DNA of 64,000 nt from positions 78,990,001-79,054,000 of the forward strand of contig NW_024704743.1 of NCBI RefSeq assembly GCF_018977255.1, read 5' to 3'. Below, in pieces: positions 13,066 to 25,920 of the stretch (its first letter is position 1; each line of letters starts with the position of its first letter). A model generated the notes under the pieces. The model saw only the letters and a list, made by a program, of their open reading frames with translations. It did not search any database and was not told the origin of the DNA. Origin of the DNA: Callorhinchus milii (Eukaryota). A program made the position numbers and the translations under genes.

Positions 13066-14146
13066 GTAGATTTAGCAACCACTCAGCAGGATGGTTTGCA
13101 CTATTTAAAATCTTTTAAAAGTTGTTGAATCCAGTCTTGGCTTGGAAGCTGATTTCTTTTTTAAGAACTGTGGAAAAACTGCTCCTGAATTAAGACTGAT
13201 TTTAAGAATTTTCCACATTTTGCACAAGTTTAAATTTAAAAACTGAATGTTCTTGCAATCTAAGATGAGGTGGAGTTTGGGGTCTCCACGGACAGAATCA
13301 AGCACAACAATAACAATTTAAATTTATATCACACCAACTTATATCACACTTAATGTCACAAAGACATTTACAGAAACGATGCAGATACTGGGGGGGAAGT
13401 GAGAAGAAACCATAGGCATGGTCAAAGGAGATGGAGGGAGGGTGCATAGGCATGGTCAAAGATATAGTTTCCCAGGGGACTTTTATAGACAGATAAAAGG
13501 GGGAAAGGCATTGGGAGTTTGGGAGTCAGTTCCAGAGGGCACAGAGGTTTAATGATTAAAGGCTCAGCTACTGATATGGAGCGGCATGTAAGGAACATAT
13601 AGTACATCCAAGCTAGCCAAGTAGAGGGGATGGGCAGGAGTGAGACCTGAGAATCGAGTGAGGATTTTGAAGTCGATCCGTTGGAAAACAGGGAGTCAGG
13701 GGAGCTTGGCAAGGTGATATTGATGCAGGAAATAAACAATCAATATGAACAATCAAACTTAAATGTGTTAGAGCTTGTGGATGGGGAGGCCAGTGAGGAG
13801 GACATTGGAGAAGTCCAGTCTGGAGGTGGGAAAGGTGTAGATAAGGGTTTTGGCCACATTGGATATAGGATTTAGATATGATGGTGGGGAATGTGGAGAA
13901 GATGAAGAAGAGAGGTTTTGATCGGGGACTGGATGTAAGGAAGGAAAAAGAGCTGAGTGTCAAAAAGGAAAGGGAAAAGTGAAAGCAATGGTAAGGAGGC
14001 AGTGTCGGGAGCTGAGTCAGATGGTTTTTGTCTTGTTTATATTGAGCTGAAAGCATTACCAGTAATTAACTTACTGAAGTAATTTAGCCTTTTCGCCTAG
14101 TAATTTGCGACATTCTAAAGAATTTATTGAATTCTTTCTGGACTAG

Positions 14147-14246
14147 GTTTATTGGTTCAGTCAATCTCAACTTGCAGCAGGTGATTCTCTTTGGAAAGGT
14201 CAATGGGGAAGAAATACTGGTGGACAAAACCAATCAGGCAATTGGG
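14147..14246 (+). CDS. fer1l4: exon 4 (C2A) FIGSVNLNLQQVILFGKVNGEEILVDKTNQAIG
   Basis: ctag acceptor, gttagt donor; 100 nt; IG....LQ.V....LVD.N pattern. Confidence 0.88.
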
Positions 14247-15163
14247 GTTAGTAGACATATCAGAGATTCTTCATTATGAACATCACGGTTGTTTGTTATT
14301 TCTGCTGTACAATTTTCTTTTGCTTATTTTCTTCTCCTTCTCTGAAAACATCTGAATCCCTACTCTCCTGGCTAAGCCATGGGTACTGTGCCTCTTCTAT
14401 ATCCATTCTTCCTAAGTCAATAGTGGGATAACACAGCCCAATCCTAGACTCACTAGATATCTTCCAGCAAAGATCACTAGAAAATAATCAGGAGCGGGAA
14501 CCCTTGCTGATGTTTTCCTTCTTGATCCCCGGAGCTCCAAGGTCAATTATATCATATAAATTCTGCCCTGACCAAGAATCAAACCTGTACCTTTTGGCCT
14601 GCATGGACTGAACACAGGAAGGATGCCTTAATGTAGAATACACACTGGGTTCTTTTCAGAATCATCATGAGGAATGCGTTAGAAAGAGTGCATTTTATAG
14701 GTATTTATTATAACACCTGATGTATCAGAAACTGTGGTTACATTTGCTGATGGCTCCCATCAGTAACACCAGGCACGTGTGCTTAACAATGCTTAACTCA
14801 CAGAGCCGACAGACATATTATTATTTTCATACAGTTAAATTTCCTATAGTTGTTGGCCTGAGTTTAAAAAAAAGTGATTTAAAATTGATCATTCACTTCA
14901 TGGTTATTTGTGCGGCATTGGTGAGCACAAATTGAGGAATTGATTGGTTTCCACACAGGTCAGACATCTGGCTGGCTAAACCTTCTCCCCCACCCCCCAC
15001 CCCCACCCCCAAACCCCAACAAATTAGTGGTTTTCTTCACCTAAGAAATACAGTCACTACACTCTACTGTAAATCCTGTGAAGCTCTTTGAAATATTTCA
15101 ATGATGTGATGAGATGCTACATCAAAATTCAAGGATTATTTAACATTTCTCATGTTTATTCAG

Positions 15164-15288
15164 GTTACGATAAGCTTTTCAATCACGTATATATCTGTGG
15201 ACATAACATATTCCCCTTGGAGTGATGAATACTTTGACGATCTTCAAGATAAGGTTACAAGAGATCCATCTAGTCAAGAACAGGCAAA
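15164..15288 (+). CDS. fer1l4: exon 5 (end of C2A, linker) VTISFSITYISVDITYSPWSDEYF...
   Basis: ttattcag acceptor; W(S)DE.F motif as in type-II ferlins. The gtatgc donor was chosen for phase, so the 3' end is less certain. Confidence 0.7.
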
Positions 15289-16257
15289 GTATGCTATATA
15301 TTACATAAAATTATGTCGACACAACAACACTGAAAAAGGCCATTCGGCTCATCTAGATCATGCTGGTGTTCATATTCCACATGAGACACCATCCCTCCTA
15401 ACCCATTTCCCATAACCCTCTATTACAATGAGTCTAAGATGAGCTTCCTCATTAGTTCTTATTTTAGCTTTTTCTGGAGAAGACTAAACCAAATTTTAAA
15501 TGTTTTCTCCATCGCATTGAGATTACCCATTTATGCCATCATACATTGCAACTCGATTGGTGTCATTGTGTGTTTAAACAATTCTGTTTTGCCAGGCATT
15601 TTTTATGGTGACATTATATAGAGAGCCCAGATATGACTGATGGATCTTTGAAAATGTCTGATTTTAATTTTATCGTCCTTTGGATGAAATATTAAACTGA
15701 TATCCAGTCTGCCTGTTAAAGATAATAATAATAATCCTTGCATTTGATATAGCACCTTATCGTGTTGTTGAGGTATCTCAAAGTGCTTCACAGAATATAT
15801 GTAAAGTGTAAATAGGAAAGTAAACATTTTTTTCAAAAACATACAGTTTTAAAGGATTCAATGGATCGAGACAGATAAGTAGGCATTATTGAAAAAAAAA
15901 GGGAGTTTCTCCCAGTGCCCAGTGGCCAACAATCCTCAAGATAAAATTGATAATTTACTTCATGGCTCTTCATGGGACATTATTGTCTGCAAATTGACTG
16001 CTGCATTCACCTACAAAATACACAGTCATAGTCACTACACTTTGCAGTAAACTTTATAGAGCAATTTGAAGCTTTGTCCTGACATGAAATGTGCTATACC
16101 AAATGCAAGGATTGTTTTTATTACTATTTGTAGGAGAATAGGATTAGATTGATTATTGTGGGGAAAAAAAACAAACTTAATGGATTGAAAGACCTGTATT
16201 TGTGCTTTAAAACATGTCAATATATTCATCATATTTATATTTTTCTTGTTCTTTAAG

Positions 16258-16319
16258 AAATACAGTGGCAGGACTGAAAAGGCTAACAAAAAAAATCTTC
16301 AACCCTTTAGATGGAACAG
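16258..16319 (+). CDS. fer1l4: exon 6 (linker) NTVAGLKRLTKKIFNPLDGT
   Basis: Long pyrimidine tract, strong CAG|gtaagg donor, phase fits both neighbours. Alternative acceptor at 16266. Confidence 0.55.
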
Positions 16320-17100
16320 GTAAGGGAAGCAGAAACATTCAATAATTAGCACATCAAGTTAAAGTTAAGTTGTTGAAGTGAGAGAATTGAGGGCCTTGAA
16401 GAACAACGCCATATCATTGTGGAGGCAAGATGTGAGAGACGGAAGGATTGGCAATGTCAGAGGGATAAACAGGAGAATCCCCCAGAAACATGGTTAAGTG
16501 AAATCTGTGACAGACAATGTCCATCTTGTATCGGCCTGCATCGTCCTTAACACACCCAGCTCCCATGAACTTATGCTTCCTTCATTGTTTGGCATTCTCA
16601 TCCTCAAGTATGAAGGACACCCTACTAACACATGAGGTGAAACATGTTCTTTTATGTTAGTTTATACTGCACAGTTTTGGTCAGATCGACAAAATTTTTG
16701 TAGCAATTCATGGCAATAAGTGCAGTATAAATTAGGATGATCTGGCAGTGAATCACGCTGGAGCCCGGCTGCTTAAGGAAATGGTTTTAGCAGCACAACA
16801 GACAGTGCTAACTGCCACGGGTTCTGCTCAGAAATGGCCCTCTAAAAATTATTGGTCGATGGTCAAGTGGATGCATAGAGGGTACAGAGGAGATTTACTG
16901 GGATAATAGTAGGGATGGAAAGCTTTCGTTATGATGAGAGAATAGAGAAACTGGTGCTCTTTTTACTAGAACAAACAATGTTAACAAAAGACTTGATAGA
17001 CGTCTTTTAATTTAAATTAAACCACCAATAAAACACAATTAATATTAATCCTTGCATTTGATATAACGGCTTTTGTGTTGGGAGGACATCTTAAAGCTGT

Positions 17101-17232
17101 ATAAAAAATGACAAAAAATAAAATATTTTTATAGCACCTATAATGGCAAAATTTCAGAAAACTGTGATGCTTTCTGAAACTTTTGACATTATGGGCGTTA
17201 TAAAAATATCAATTCTTCTTTTCCATTTTTAT
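17101..17232. repeat. Imperfect palindrome, about 60-bp arms and a 10-nt loop (MITE-like)
   Basis: atatttttatagcacctataatggcaaaatttcagaaa / tttctgaaacttttgacattatgggcgttataaaaatat. Confidence 0.75.
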
Positions 17233-17262
17233 GATTTATTTCCATTTCTGAATGAGGTGTAG

Positions 17263-17347
17263 ACAACAAAATCCAGAATGGGGCACTTCATGTCCAGGGA
17301 GAAATATTCAACATCTGTGCCAGACAGCAGCGGAACCTGAGGAGAAG
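17263..17347 (+). CDS. fer1l4: exon 7 (linker) DNKIQNGALHVQGEIFNICARQQRNLRR
   Basis: Strong AAG|gtaagt donor; phase 1 to 2 fits exon 8. In-frame alternative acceptor at 17257. Confidence 0.6.
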
Positions 17348-18257
17348 GTAAGTGTATATGATTGTTTTCAAATAAAAAAATCATAAGGTATATCTGCTTC
17401 TTTACCTGAGCCTTTCAGTAACCTGCCAGGGAGTCGACCTGGCTCAGCTAGAAGCACTCTTATCTCTGAGTCAGAAGGTTGTAGGTTCAATCTCATTTAG
17501 CTCATTACCCAGCCAGTGACTTTAGGCTGAAGCAAATCACGTTGTGTTTGCATTATGACAAGTTGTCCTTGTACTGGAACCTGTGAATGCCGTGCCACAC
17601 AAGCTCAAGCACAACGAGCACAAACCTAACCCTTCAACCAAGGTTTTTCAATTGAGTAACAGCTCTCTAAAATACAGAAGTTCATAAAGCCCTCTTTGTT
17701 ATTTCTGCATATAGCTGTAGCTAATTATATATACAAATGTAATCTTGTTGTTGTTGTAGCTAATTCCATTTGTAAAGATCAGAGTGCGATGATATAGTAG
17801 CATCTGATTGATTTTGCATGTAACACACACAATGGTTTATTATTGAAAGAATAATAGATTAATACTTCGGTTGCTAATTCTTTTCTTCACACAGTAAAAC
17901 ATGGGAACAATATTGTGCAGAAATAATACAGAATTATCCTCTACTCTAGTTTTACAAACAAGACAAAACCTAATCCCTGATTTACAGTCAGATCCTAGAA
18001 ATTATCTCTGCTCGAATGCACTCTGTCATTGTATTACCAATAAATACCACTTACATAAGAGTGCAGTCCTCGATATCTCTGACATGATTAATTAGCCAGG
18101 GAGGGAATCACTTGTTTGGTCTCACACTTTAACCTTTCATTCAACATGAGTGTGACTCCCTCCCCCAACCGCCCCCCCACCCCGCTCACAATCTCTCATC
18201 TCCATTATGTCAAGGGACAGATAATCTGAAACAAAGATAGGTTTTAGATAATAATAG

Positions 18258-18563
18258 ATAATAATAATAATCCTTGCATTTGATTTAGCGCTTGACATGT
18301 CTTCTAGTGCTTCACAGAATATGTTGTAAAGTGAATTGACCGTATATTTGTGGGCGAAACTTGGCATCCAATTACCCACAGCAGTATCCCACAAACAGTC
18401 ATGGATTGAAGTGACCAATTTATTATTCTTTTTTTTTTGGAGGGATTATTATCAGGCGTGTGGAGTAAGGAAGCTTGCCCAAGGTTTCGCCCTGTACAGG
18501 AATTGAGCCCAGATCTCTCGCTTGCAAAGCGAGTGCTCTAACCACTGAGCTACAGGACTCCAC
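18258..18563 (-). mobile_element. Short-family SINE, full length
   Basis: Same head, core and tail as the other copies, in reverse orientation. Confidence 0.88.
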
Positions 18564-19266
18564 AGTAGGAGAAATGATATTTTGGTGGGATTGAGTTTTT
18601 TTTGCTAAGACTAAGACTCCAGAGTAAAGGCACAATCCACTAGCAAGAATCTTTACCACAAAGTTTATATCAAGGGTTCATGCAGAGGGATCTGTTTTGC
18701 AGGTTGTAATTCTGTTTACCGGTGCTAAATTACATGATGGAGGGAATCCGATTCCTCTGTGCTCTCATCCTCTTTCAGTGGTTTACACATGGTTCAGTGC
18801 AAGATGCCCCCTGGTGTAACTAAATATTTCACCACTGATTGAAGAAGCATCTAAACAAGCAATACTGAAGAGAACAATTCCACCCTCTCCATATTACCCT
18901 ATTAATAAAGAAAGCCATGTTATCAACACATCTAAATTGCAGACACAAAGGTCAAACATGAGGTTTAAATTTAGAAATGCGTAAATGATTCATCAGGAAT
19001 GTACCCAGAATGTTACAGAAGTAGGTGTGCACATGTCCCACAGGAGACAGCAAGGAAAGCACAATGACTGTAGAAACACCTCCACCAAAGCAAACCGATC
19101 CACAAATCTCACAAATTGGACTTTCTGGAATGACTGCAAATAATGATAATATTTTCCTTTCTTTGAATTTAAACTCTGGCACCTTGAAACGTTAGAGAAT
19201 TTGTTGAAAATAAAATTGACTTTCCGAAACAATGATTTGCTTTCTGCCTTTTTTTTAATCCTGCAG

Positions 19267-19324
19267 CCAACTCAAGGTCATCTCAAACAAAGAACAAAAT
19301 AGCTTCAAACCTCAAAACTTCCAG
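19267..19324 (+). CDS. fer1l4: exon 8 QLKVISNKEQNSFKPQNFQ
   Basis: ctgcag acceptor, gtaatt donor; the KPQNFQ motif precedes C2B. Confidence 0.88.
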
Positions 19325-19418
19325 GTAATTTGTATTTGTAATGACACTGGGAAGTGAAATAGCTCAAAGGTAGAGCAAGTACTGTTTCTCATAATTAATC
19401 CTGTTTATTTTTGCAAAG

Positions 19419-19550
19419 ATGAGTATAACTGTGCATGAAGCCAGACAGCTACCTGGAATAAATATTGATCCTGTGGTGTACTTGGAGATTGATGGCAAGA
19501 AGAAGAACACATCCATACAGAAATCGACAAACTGCCCATCCTTCAATCAG
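19419..19550 (+). CDS. fer1l4: exon 9 (C2B) MSITVHEARQLPGINIDPVV...STNCPSFNQ
   Basis: 132 nt; EARQL.G.NIDPVV and STNCP.FN ferlin motifs; gtaatc donor. Confidence 0.93.
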
Positions 19551-21267
19551 GTAATCATGAAGTAGGATTGCAGCAGGCATATCTGTAATATTATATCACT
19601 ATTTGAAAAGACAAGGGGGTTTCTCTCTCCTGATGTCCTGGCCAACAATCGACCAAATAATTCACTTCTCGGCTGTTTGTGGGACATTGCTGTGCGCAAA
19701 TTGGTTGTCGCGTTTACCCACAAAAATGCACACTGCTTTACAATATATGTGTGAAACGCTTTGAGATGTGCTCCCAAATTGAAAGGCCCTATATAAAATG
19801 TGAGTATCATTATTTTGTAGCTGAAATTTCCATTCATGTGTTATTACAACATGACAGAGAAGCCATTTTATGTCTCTCTCTTTCTCTCCAATAATAAGCA
19901 AGACATCTGTAAAGTTTCCAAAAGCAATGCTATTGAGCAGGTTTTTCTAGTCTCCTATTCTCCCTACTGTTTAATGAATTATTTATCTTTTCTGAAATGA
20001 GAAAATAATGCATAAAGACTTTCAGACAGGAATATATAACCTTTTACATCATTAAATACAAAAATCTTTCTGGGAAGACTTCACCGAAGAAGCAACAACT
20101 GCCACCCCCGCTGTCTGTCAGCCCACAAACAATACAAAACATTAAAAATATAATGATGACAACGGGATTGAACATGGAGCATTCTCATTCACAAGCTAGG
20201 AAATAACTTTATGGGGTATAGTACATAGGTAGTTTGGGATATATGTTCATGCAACTCACCAGGAAGGTGGAAGATGAACTAGATAGACCTATGTCTTTTT
20301 TGTCTAGCATTTCTTATGTTGTTATGATCTTAAACTGGAAGTCACCGCTCTAATTATGAGCATTGTTTGTGGCTGAAATATTTGCGTGATTTGTTAACAA
20401 ATTTGCTAAAATAATCATAGTTTCTCCCGCTGTCCTGGTCAATAATTACCCTGGTAAAACTGATCACTCACTCCATGGCTGTCTGTCGAACATTGCTGTA
20501 GGCAAATTGGCTGCCACAATTGCCTACATATATACAGTCACAGACTATGCAATAAATCCACAAAGCGCTTTGAAAGACATTGACGATATGATAAAGTGCT
20601 ACACCCAATGCAAGGATTATCCCTGAGAAGAATGCAGTATCTTCCAGCGCTGTGCAGCTGAGAAGCCACATGATAATGTGAATATTCAACTGGACTCTGA
20701 ATTTCACAAAGCTCAGCTGGTACAGCAGTGTGCTTCACAAGTGCAAAATATTCATTAATGCAGGTATATTGGTATTTTAATTAAAGCTGATTGACATTCT
20801 CACAAAACACGTTTGAGAAACCCTGACTCTCAAGCAATTTCAATAGTATTTTATTAGAATTTGTTAACCAGTTTTTCTTCAAAGAAGCTAGTCAGTTCTA
20901 GCACAACCTTTGTTGTCAAAGAGCATCGCAATTCCAGCACTCAGTCTGACCTCACCCTGCCATTGTCACTATGGTAACAGCCTTAGGCTATTCCAAATTG
21001 AAACGCTAATCTCCCTGACAGAAATATTCCAACCTTTCCAATGAAATAGATTACATTGATGCTGCTGTTGCTGCATCTCTGACCTTTTTTTAATTACTTT
21101 ACCTTTTCACAGAACTGAAATCTCAAGCGTTGCTTAAAATACTGGCCTCCCACTTCTTATATTCCACTCCACTCAGTTATGTGCTAGGCTCCTGTTAGCC
21201 TGTTCAGAGGTTAATGTTTGAGACTCTTTGTGAAGTTCCCTCCAATGTGAAAAGTGCAATAAAAGTT

Positions 21268-21469
21268 GTGGAGTCCTGTAGTTCAGCTGCAAGCGAGACA
21301 CCTGGTTTCAATTCCAGGCAGGGCAAAACCTTGTTTCCTTACTCCACACGCCTGATAATAATCCCTCCAAATCAATAATAATAAATTGGTCACTTCAATC
21401 CATGACTGTTTGTGGGACACTGCTGTGCGCAATTGGCTGCCGCATTTCGCCCACAAATATACAGTTAAT
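21268..21469 (+). mobile_element. Short-family SINE, internally deleted and 3'-truncated
   Basis: gtggagtcctgtagttcag...gcaagcgaga...tgtgggacactgctgtgcgcaattggc. Confidence 0.8.
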
Positions 21470-22531
21470 GTGCAATTGTGTTAAAAATTGCTGATGACCC
21501 CAAATTGGGGCATAGCATATTATGACAAAGATTGCCAAAGACTTGAGGGGAGTGTAAAGATGGCTGATAGGGTAGCTAGGTAGCAAACACAGTTTAATAT
21601 CAACTATTTGAAATAGTATATTTTGGTAGTAAAAATAAGAAAATGAAATGCTGTACATCTTAAATGAAAAACCTTTTAATAGAGGTCAGAGAGGGACCTT
21701 GGTCTATAGATCCACAAGTCATCAAAAGTGATAGCGCTGGGGAAATAAAGTCATAAAACGGCAAATTGAGTCATTTATTTTCTATATTGAGGCATACCAT
21801 ATATTTGCAAGTTCATGTTGAACTTATATAAGACCTTAGCCGAGTTACAGTTGTGTGCAGGCTTGGGCATTCATTAACCAAAATAACAAAACCAACCCTT
21901 GCAATTGATATCGCATCTTATTACATTATTGAATCTGGTTGTAATGTAGAATTGTCTGTTACTACTGGAGTTACAACAAAATGACAACAACTTGCATTTA
22001 TTTACTCCCCTTCACTTACAGTGGATTGTGTCTTGGTTTGACGCTGAGCTGGAAAAGGAGGGGGAAGTGAAAGGCTTCAGATGTGATTTGAATATGGGCA
22101 AAGAGGGGGCAAGATTGAGGCAGGGAAATCCAGAGATTCGGGACATAGTAGCTGAAAAAAAGCAGCCCCAAAAATTATTATGACAGAATTAGATAGATGC
22201 TTGGAAGAAAAGAGTATTAAAGAATGTTGGGAGCAAACTAAAGAGTAGGATTAGATTAGATGGTTCATGTAGAACCAAATTGCCTGCTTCTGTGCTGTAA
22301 CATAAACATCAACCATGTGGCCAAAGCAGTCAAGTGTAATCGCTGGCCTCGGAGTTCACACCCCCTCCCTCCATGATGATAACTATGGCCTGTTTTTTTA
22401 TTGCAGTTTTGGTCGTTGTGATAATTATCACCAGTGATAAATATCACATGCTGCACTTTCCTCTCCAATGAATATATGAAATAATTTTCATGCAGTGTGA
22501 TTTTAATTATTTTTTGTTCATCTTTATCCAG

Positions 22532-22594
22532 GATTTTACCTACGAGTTTTATGAATCGCCAGATCTGATGATGGATAAAATCCTTCAGATTTCA
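22532..22594 (+). CDS. fer1l4: exon 10 (C2B) DFTYEFYESPDLMMDKILQIS
   Basis: ttatccag acceptor, gtaagt donor; 63 nt. Confidence 0.92.
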
Positions 22595-22711
22595 GTAAGT
22601 CCTGACTGACATCCTGGTGGGAGAATATAACATCTATTATGTATGTTGTTTACAGTTGTGCATTGTGACTTTTGTATGTGGATAATGCATCTCCTCTAAT
22701 GTATCGAATAG

Positions 22712-22796
22712 GTGTTCAGCGCCAACAAAATCCCTTTTAAGAAAACTCTAATAGGAACATTCAAGATAGACGTGGCAACTATTTACAACCAGCCAG
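22712..22796 (+). CDS. fer1l4: exon 11 (C2B) VFSANKIPFKKTLIGTFKIDVATIYNQP
   Basis: IGTFK.DV.T.Y.QP motif; 85 nt; gtaaat donor. Confidence 0.93.
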
Positions 22797-23730
22797 GTAA
22801 ATGGATCTTAAACCTCCATCAAGCTGATGTTCTGGGGACTAGAAATAATGGTTATGTGTTAAACATGAAAAACAAACACTGTTACTTCAAAGCAAATCAA
22901 AATTCTTTGTGGAATGGGATGAAAATTAGCTCCATTTTGTGTCTAAGTACAGTTAGATACTGCAGGACTTTATTTAGTAGCTAACTGCAACCTATTTTAA
23001 GAATTCGGGGTTTGCGTCGCATCTGTTTTTTTTAATCCATCCCATATTTTGTTGCAGATCCACTGTCTGTTTTGCAGTGGATTGATTGCATGTTTGGGGT
23101 TAGACGAAGGTACTCGGTACAGGATATGATATGATTATACGTGAGGTAGCATCCGTGTTGCAGAGGGTAGTACAGTGAACAGTAGCGTAATGTATTGGAG
23201 TTGTTTGTCATAAATAATAATAATCCTTGCAGATGATGTAGCACCTTTCACATTGGGGAGATATCTCAACGCACTCTAGATGATTTATTATAAAATATTT
23301 TCACTGTGTATCGTGTAGTTGCATGTGACAGCCTCTGTAAATGACACCTCTTCTCATGACTAATTAGCTTAGCTAATCATTCCTCATTGCTCATCCCTCT
23401 AAAACTGAGGATCATCCTTATTGTTCTCCTCAGCACTACATCTCAGGTCTGAGCAGTCTCCCTATGTTATAGTGACCAGAAAGGTACACAGGACTCCAGG
23501 TGCAGGCTGCTCACAGCACTATTTCGCTTGAGAATGACTTCTAAGGATCTAGACTTTACCAATTCGGTAATGTAATCCAGTATCCTGTTTGATTTGCTTA
23601 TTGCTGCCTCTGTTTTTGACAAGTGAACAATGAGTCAACCAACATTCCTAGATCGCTTTTAGCGTCACCCTTAGGAAGTTCTATCCTGTCCATGAAATAC
23701 TTCAAGCCTTTCTGTTTCTTCTTACCATAG

Positions 23731-23887
23731 ACCACATGTTCCATCACAAGTGGGCCATTTTAACAGACCTCCAGGACATCAAAGCAGCTATCAGAGGTTA
23801 TGTAAAGTGTGATGTTGCAGTGCTACAAAAAGGGGACACAGTAGAAAGCTCCAGTGGGTCTGGGTCTTTTTCAAATTATATTGAAAG
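23731..23887 (+). CDS. fer1l4: exon 12 (C2B end, FerI) [35 protein letters not shown]...YIE
   Basis: FHHKWAIL.D and GYVKCD.AV..KGD motifs; ccatag acceptor, gtaggt donor. Confidence 0.94.
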
Positions 23888-23998
23888 GTAGGTTTTTGCC
23901 GCTAGAACTTTTTTGGTTTTATTTCAATTATCAAATAATGTTTTATCTGGATTTCAATTGTGCTAAACAATGATAAGAATCCTTGCATTCATGATAAT

Positions 23999-24311
23999 GA
24001 GTCCTGTAGCTCAATGGTTAGAGCACTCGCCTCACAAGTGAGAGACCTGGGTTTGATTCCCGGCAGGGCGAAACCTTGGGCAAGTTTCCTTACTCCACAC
24101 ACCCAATGATAATCCTTCAAACAAAACCAATAATAAAATTGGTCACTTCAATCCACGACTGTTTGTGGGACACTGCTGTACGCAATTGGCTGCCGCATTT
24201 TGCCCACAAAAATACAGTCAATTCACTTTACAGACTATTCTGTGAAGCGCTTTGAGAGGTCTAGAAGGCGTGAAAAGCGCTACTTCAAATGCAAGGATTA
24301 TTATTATTATT
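23999..24311 (+). mobile_element. Short-family SINE, full length
   Basis: gagtcctgtagctcaatggttagagc...aggattattattatt. Confidence 0.88.
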
Positions 24312-24626
24312 GTAATGCATTTCACATCGGAAAAACACCGCAAAGTATTTATAGGATCCACTATACCTTGTAGCGACTGTGCATTTAGGAGGTGAACGTA
24401 GCAATCAAATTGCACACAGCAATGTCCTACAAGCAGCCATAAAATGAACCATAAATTTTATTTGGGGGAATTGTCTACACTCGGAGAAACTCTCGTCTCT
24501 TTTCAAATAGTGCCTATTCAGGTAGATGTTAATGATCCCATGGAGTTTGGAGATTGTTCTCATGGCTGTGGAACTTTGCTGTGTGCAAATTGGCTGTCAC
24601 TGTTTTGTCTATAAATATAATGATTA

Positions 24627-25075
24627 CAACAACAACAACAACAAGATTCCATTTATAGAGCGCCTTTCACGTTGGGAGGACGTCCCAAGGCGCTGTACAG
24701 TTGGGTCAGGACCCGAGCAGGGGGGAAATGGTCAGGGTGAGGGGAGGGAAGGGAGGGAGCGAGGAAGGGGTAGAGAGTCGAGAGGGGAGCTGACTGCACG
24801 ATCAAAGAGAAGGGTCTTGAGACCGGCCTTGAAGGAGGAAAGGGAGGAAGCAAGGCGAAGGCACTGGGGCATAGAGTTCCAGAGCCGAGGGGCTGAGAGG
24901 CTGAAGGCCCGGCCACCGATGGTAGGGCGGTTGGGGCGGGGGATGTGGAGCAGACCGGAGCCAGAAGAATGGAGGGTACGGGCAGGTAAGTAAGAGGATA
25001 GTAGGTCAGAGAGGTAGGAGGGAACAAGGCCGTGAATGGCCTTGTAGGTGAGGATGAGGATCTTGAATTCGACAT
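24627..25075 (-). mobile_element. L2-type LINE 3' end, well preserved
   Basis: ORF 24732-25106 reads FKILILTYKAIHGLVPSYLSDLL...GGRAFSLSAPRLWNSMP...SFKAGLKTLLF; (TTG)n tail. Confidence 0.92.
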
Positions 25076-25147
25076 GCGACAATATGTTGTAATGTATAAT
25101 ATACATTTAAAAAGACAAATTCTTTCTGATTTCATGGTTGTAAATTT

Positions 25148-25277
25148 ATTGAAGAGTGGAAAATATCTAGTAATATTGACCAGTAGAGATTATCTAGTAT
25201 TAGTGACCAGCGGAAACTATCAAGTAGTAGTAATCATTGGAGAATATCTGGTAATATTGAAGGGCAGGGAATATGTG
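25148..25277 (+). repeat. Degenerate 27-bp minisatellite, about 4.5 copies
   Basis: agtggaaaatatctagtaatattgacc / agtagagattatctagtattagtgacc / agcggaaactatcaagtagtagtaatc / attggagaatatctggtaatattgaag. Confidence 0.75.
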
Positions 25278-25543
25278 AATACTCTCTGTGCTATCGTTAA
25301 TTTGTGGTTTTGTTGGATTCTGGATACTGGTCTTTTCCCTTTGATCCCTGTTGACTCATAATTTCTTTTGAAATTATTGTTCAACAAAAGCAAAACCCAC
25401 AGTAAAGTAATCTAAGGAATGAATGTAACAGCAGTTTATGAGGATTTGGGGCAAAATTTGCAGAGTTTAATAATTATCATCACAATTAGCAGTGTTTAGT
25501 GTGAATCGAGCTTCACACTGAACCTGCTGTAATACACGTAATC

Positions 25544-25920
25544 AAAAAGCAAAATATTACAGATGCTGGAAATCTGAAATAAAAACAGAAGTTGCCAGGA
25601 ACACTCAGTAGGCAGAATCTGTGTAGAGAGGAAAGTGAGTTAAAGTTTCAGGTCGAATGAACTTTGGTCAGAACTGGGGGATGTTGGAAGGGAGCAGATT
25701 ATAAGGATAAGCAGAGAAGGGGGACAGGAAAGAAAGACAAAGGAAAAATTTAGGTGGAGGACAGAAGATGATGAGATCAGAGGTGTTGATGGTGCAAGAC
25801 AAAAGAAAGCAATAAATGGGAGATTATAGAAAGAAAAGATGTGCCTGAGACCTAGAGGATATGTGAATGGTTATTGAAGCGGGGAGGGGGAAGGCAAGCA
25901 TGAGAGAAGATGGGAGCTAT
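25544..25920 (-). mobile_element. Penelope-like element terminal fragment with decayed hammerhead motif
   Basis: 25544-25675 is approximately the reverse complement of 45094-45228; followed by purine-rich sequence; right boundary approximate. Confidence 0.6.

Noticed and set aside
16661..16731. Short inverted repeats (tttatactgcac/gtgcagtataaa; similar ones near 25489-25528 and 26243-26275)
   Set aside because: Stems of only 12-16 bp in AT-rich, repeat-rich introns; they cannot be distinguished from chance or old MITE debris.
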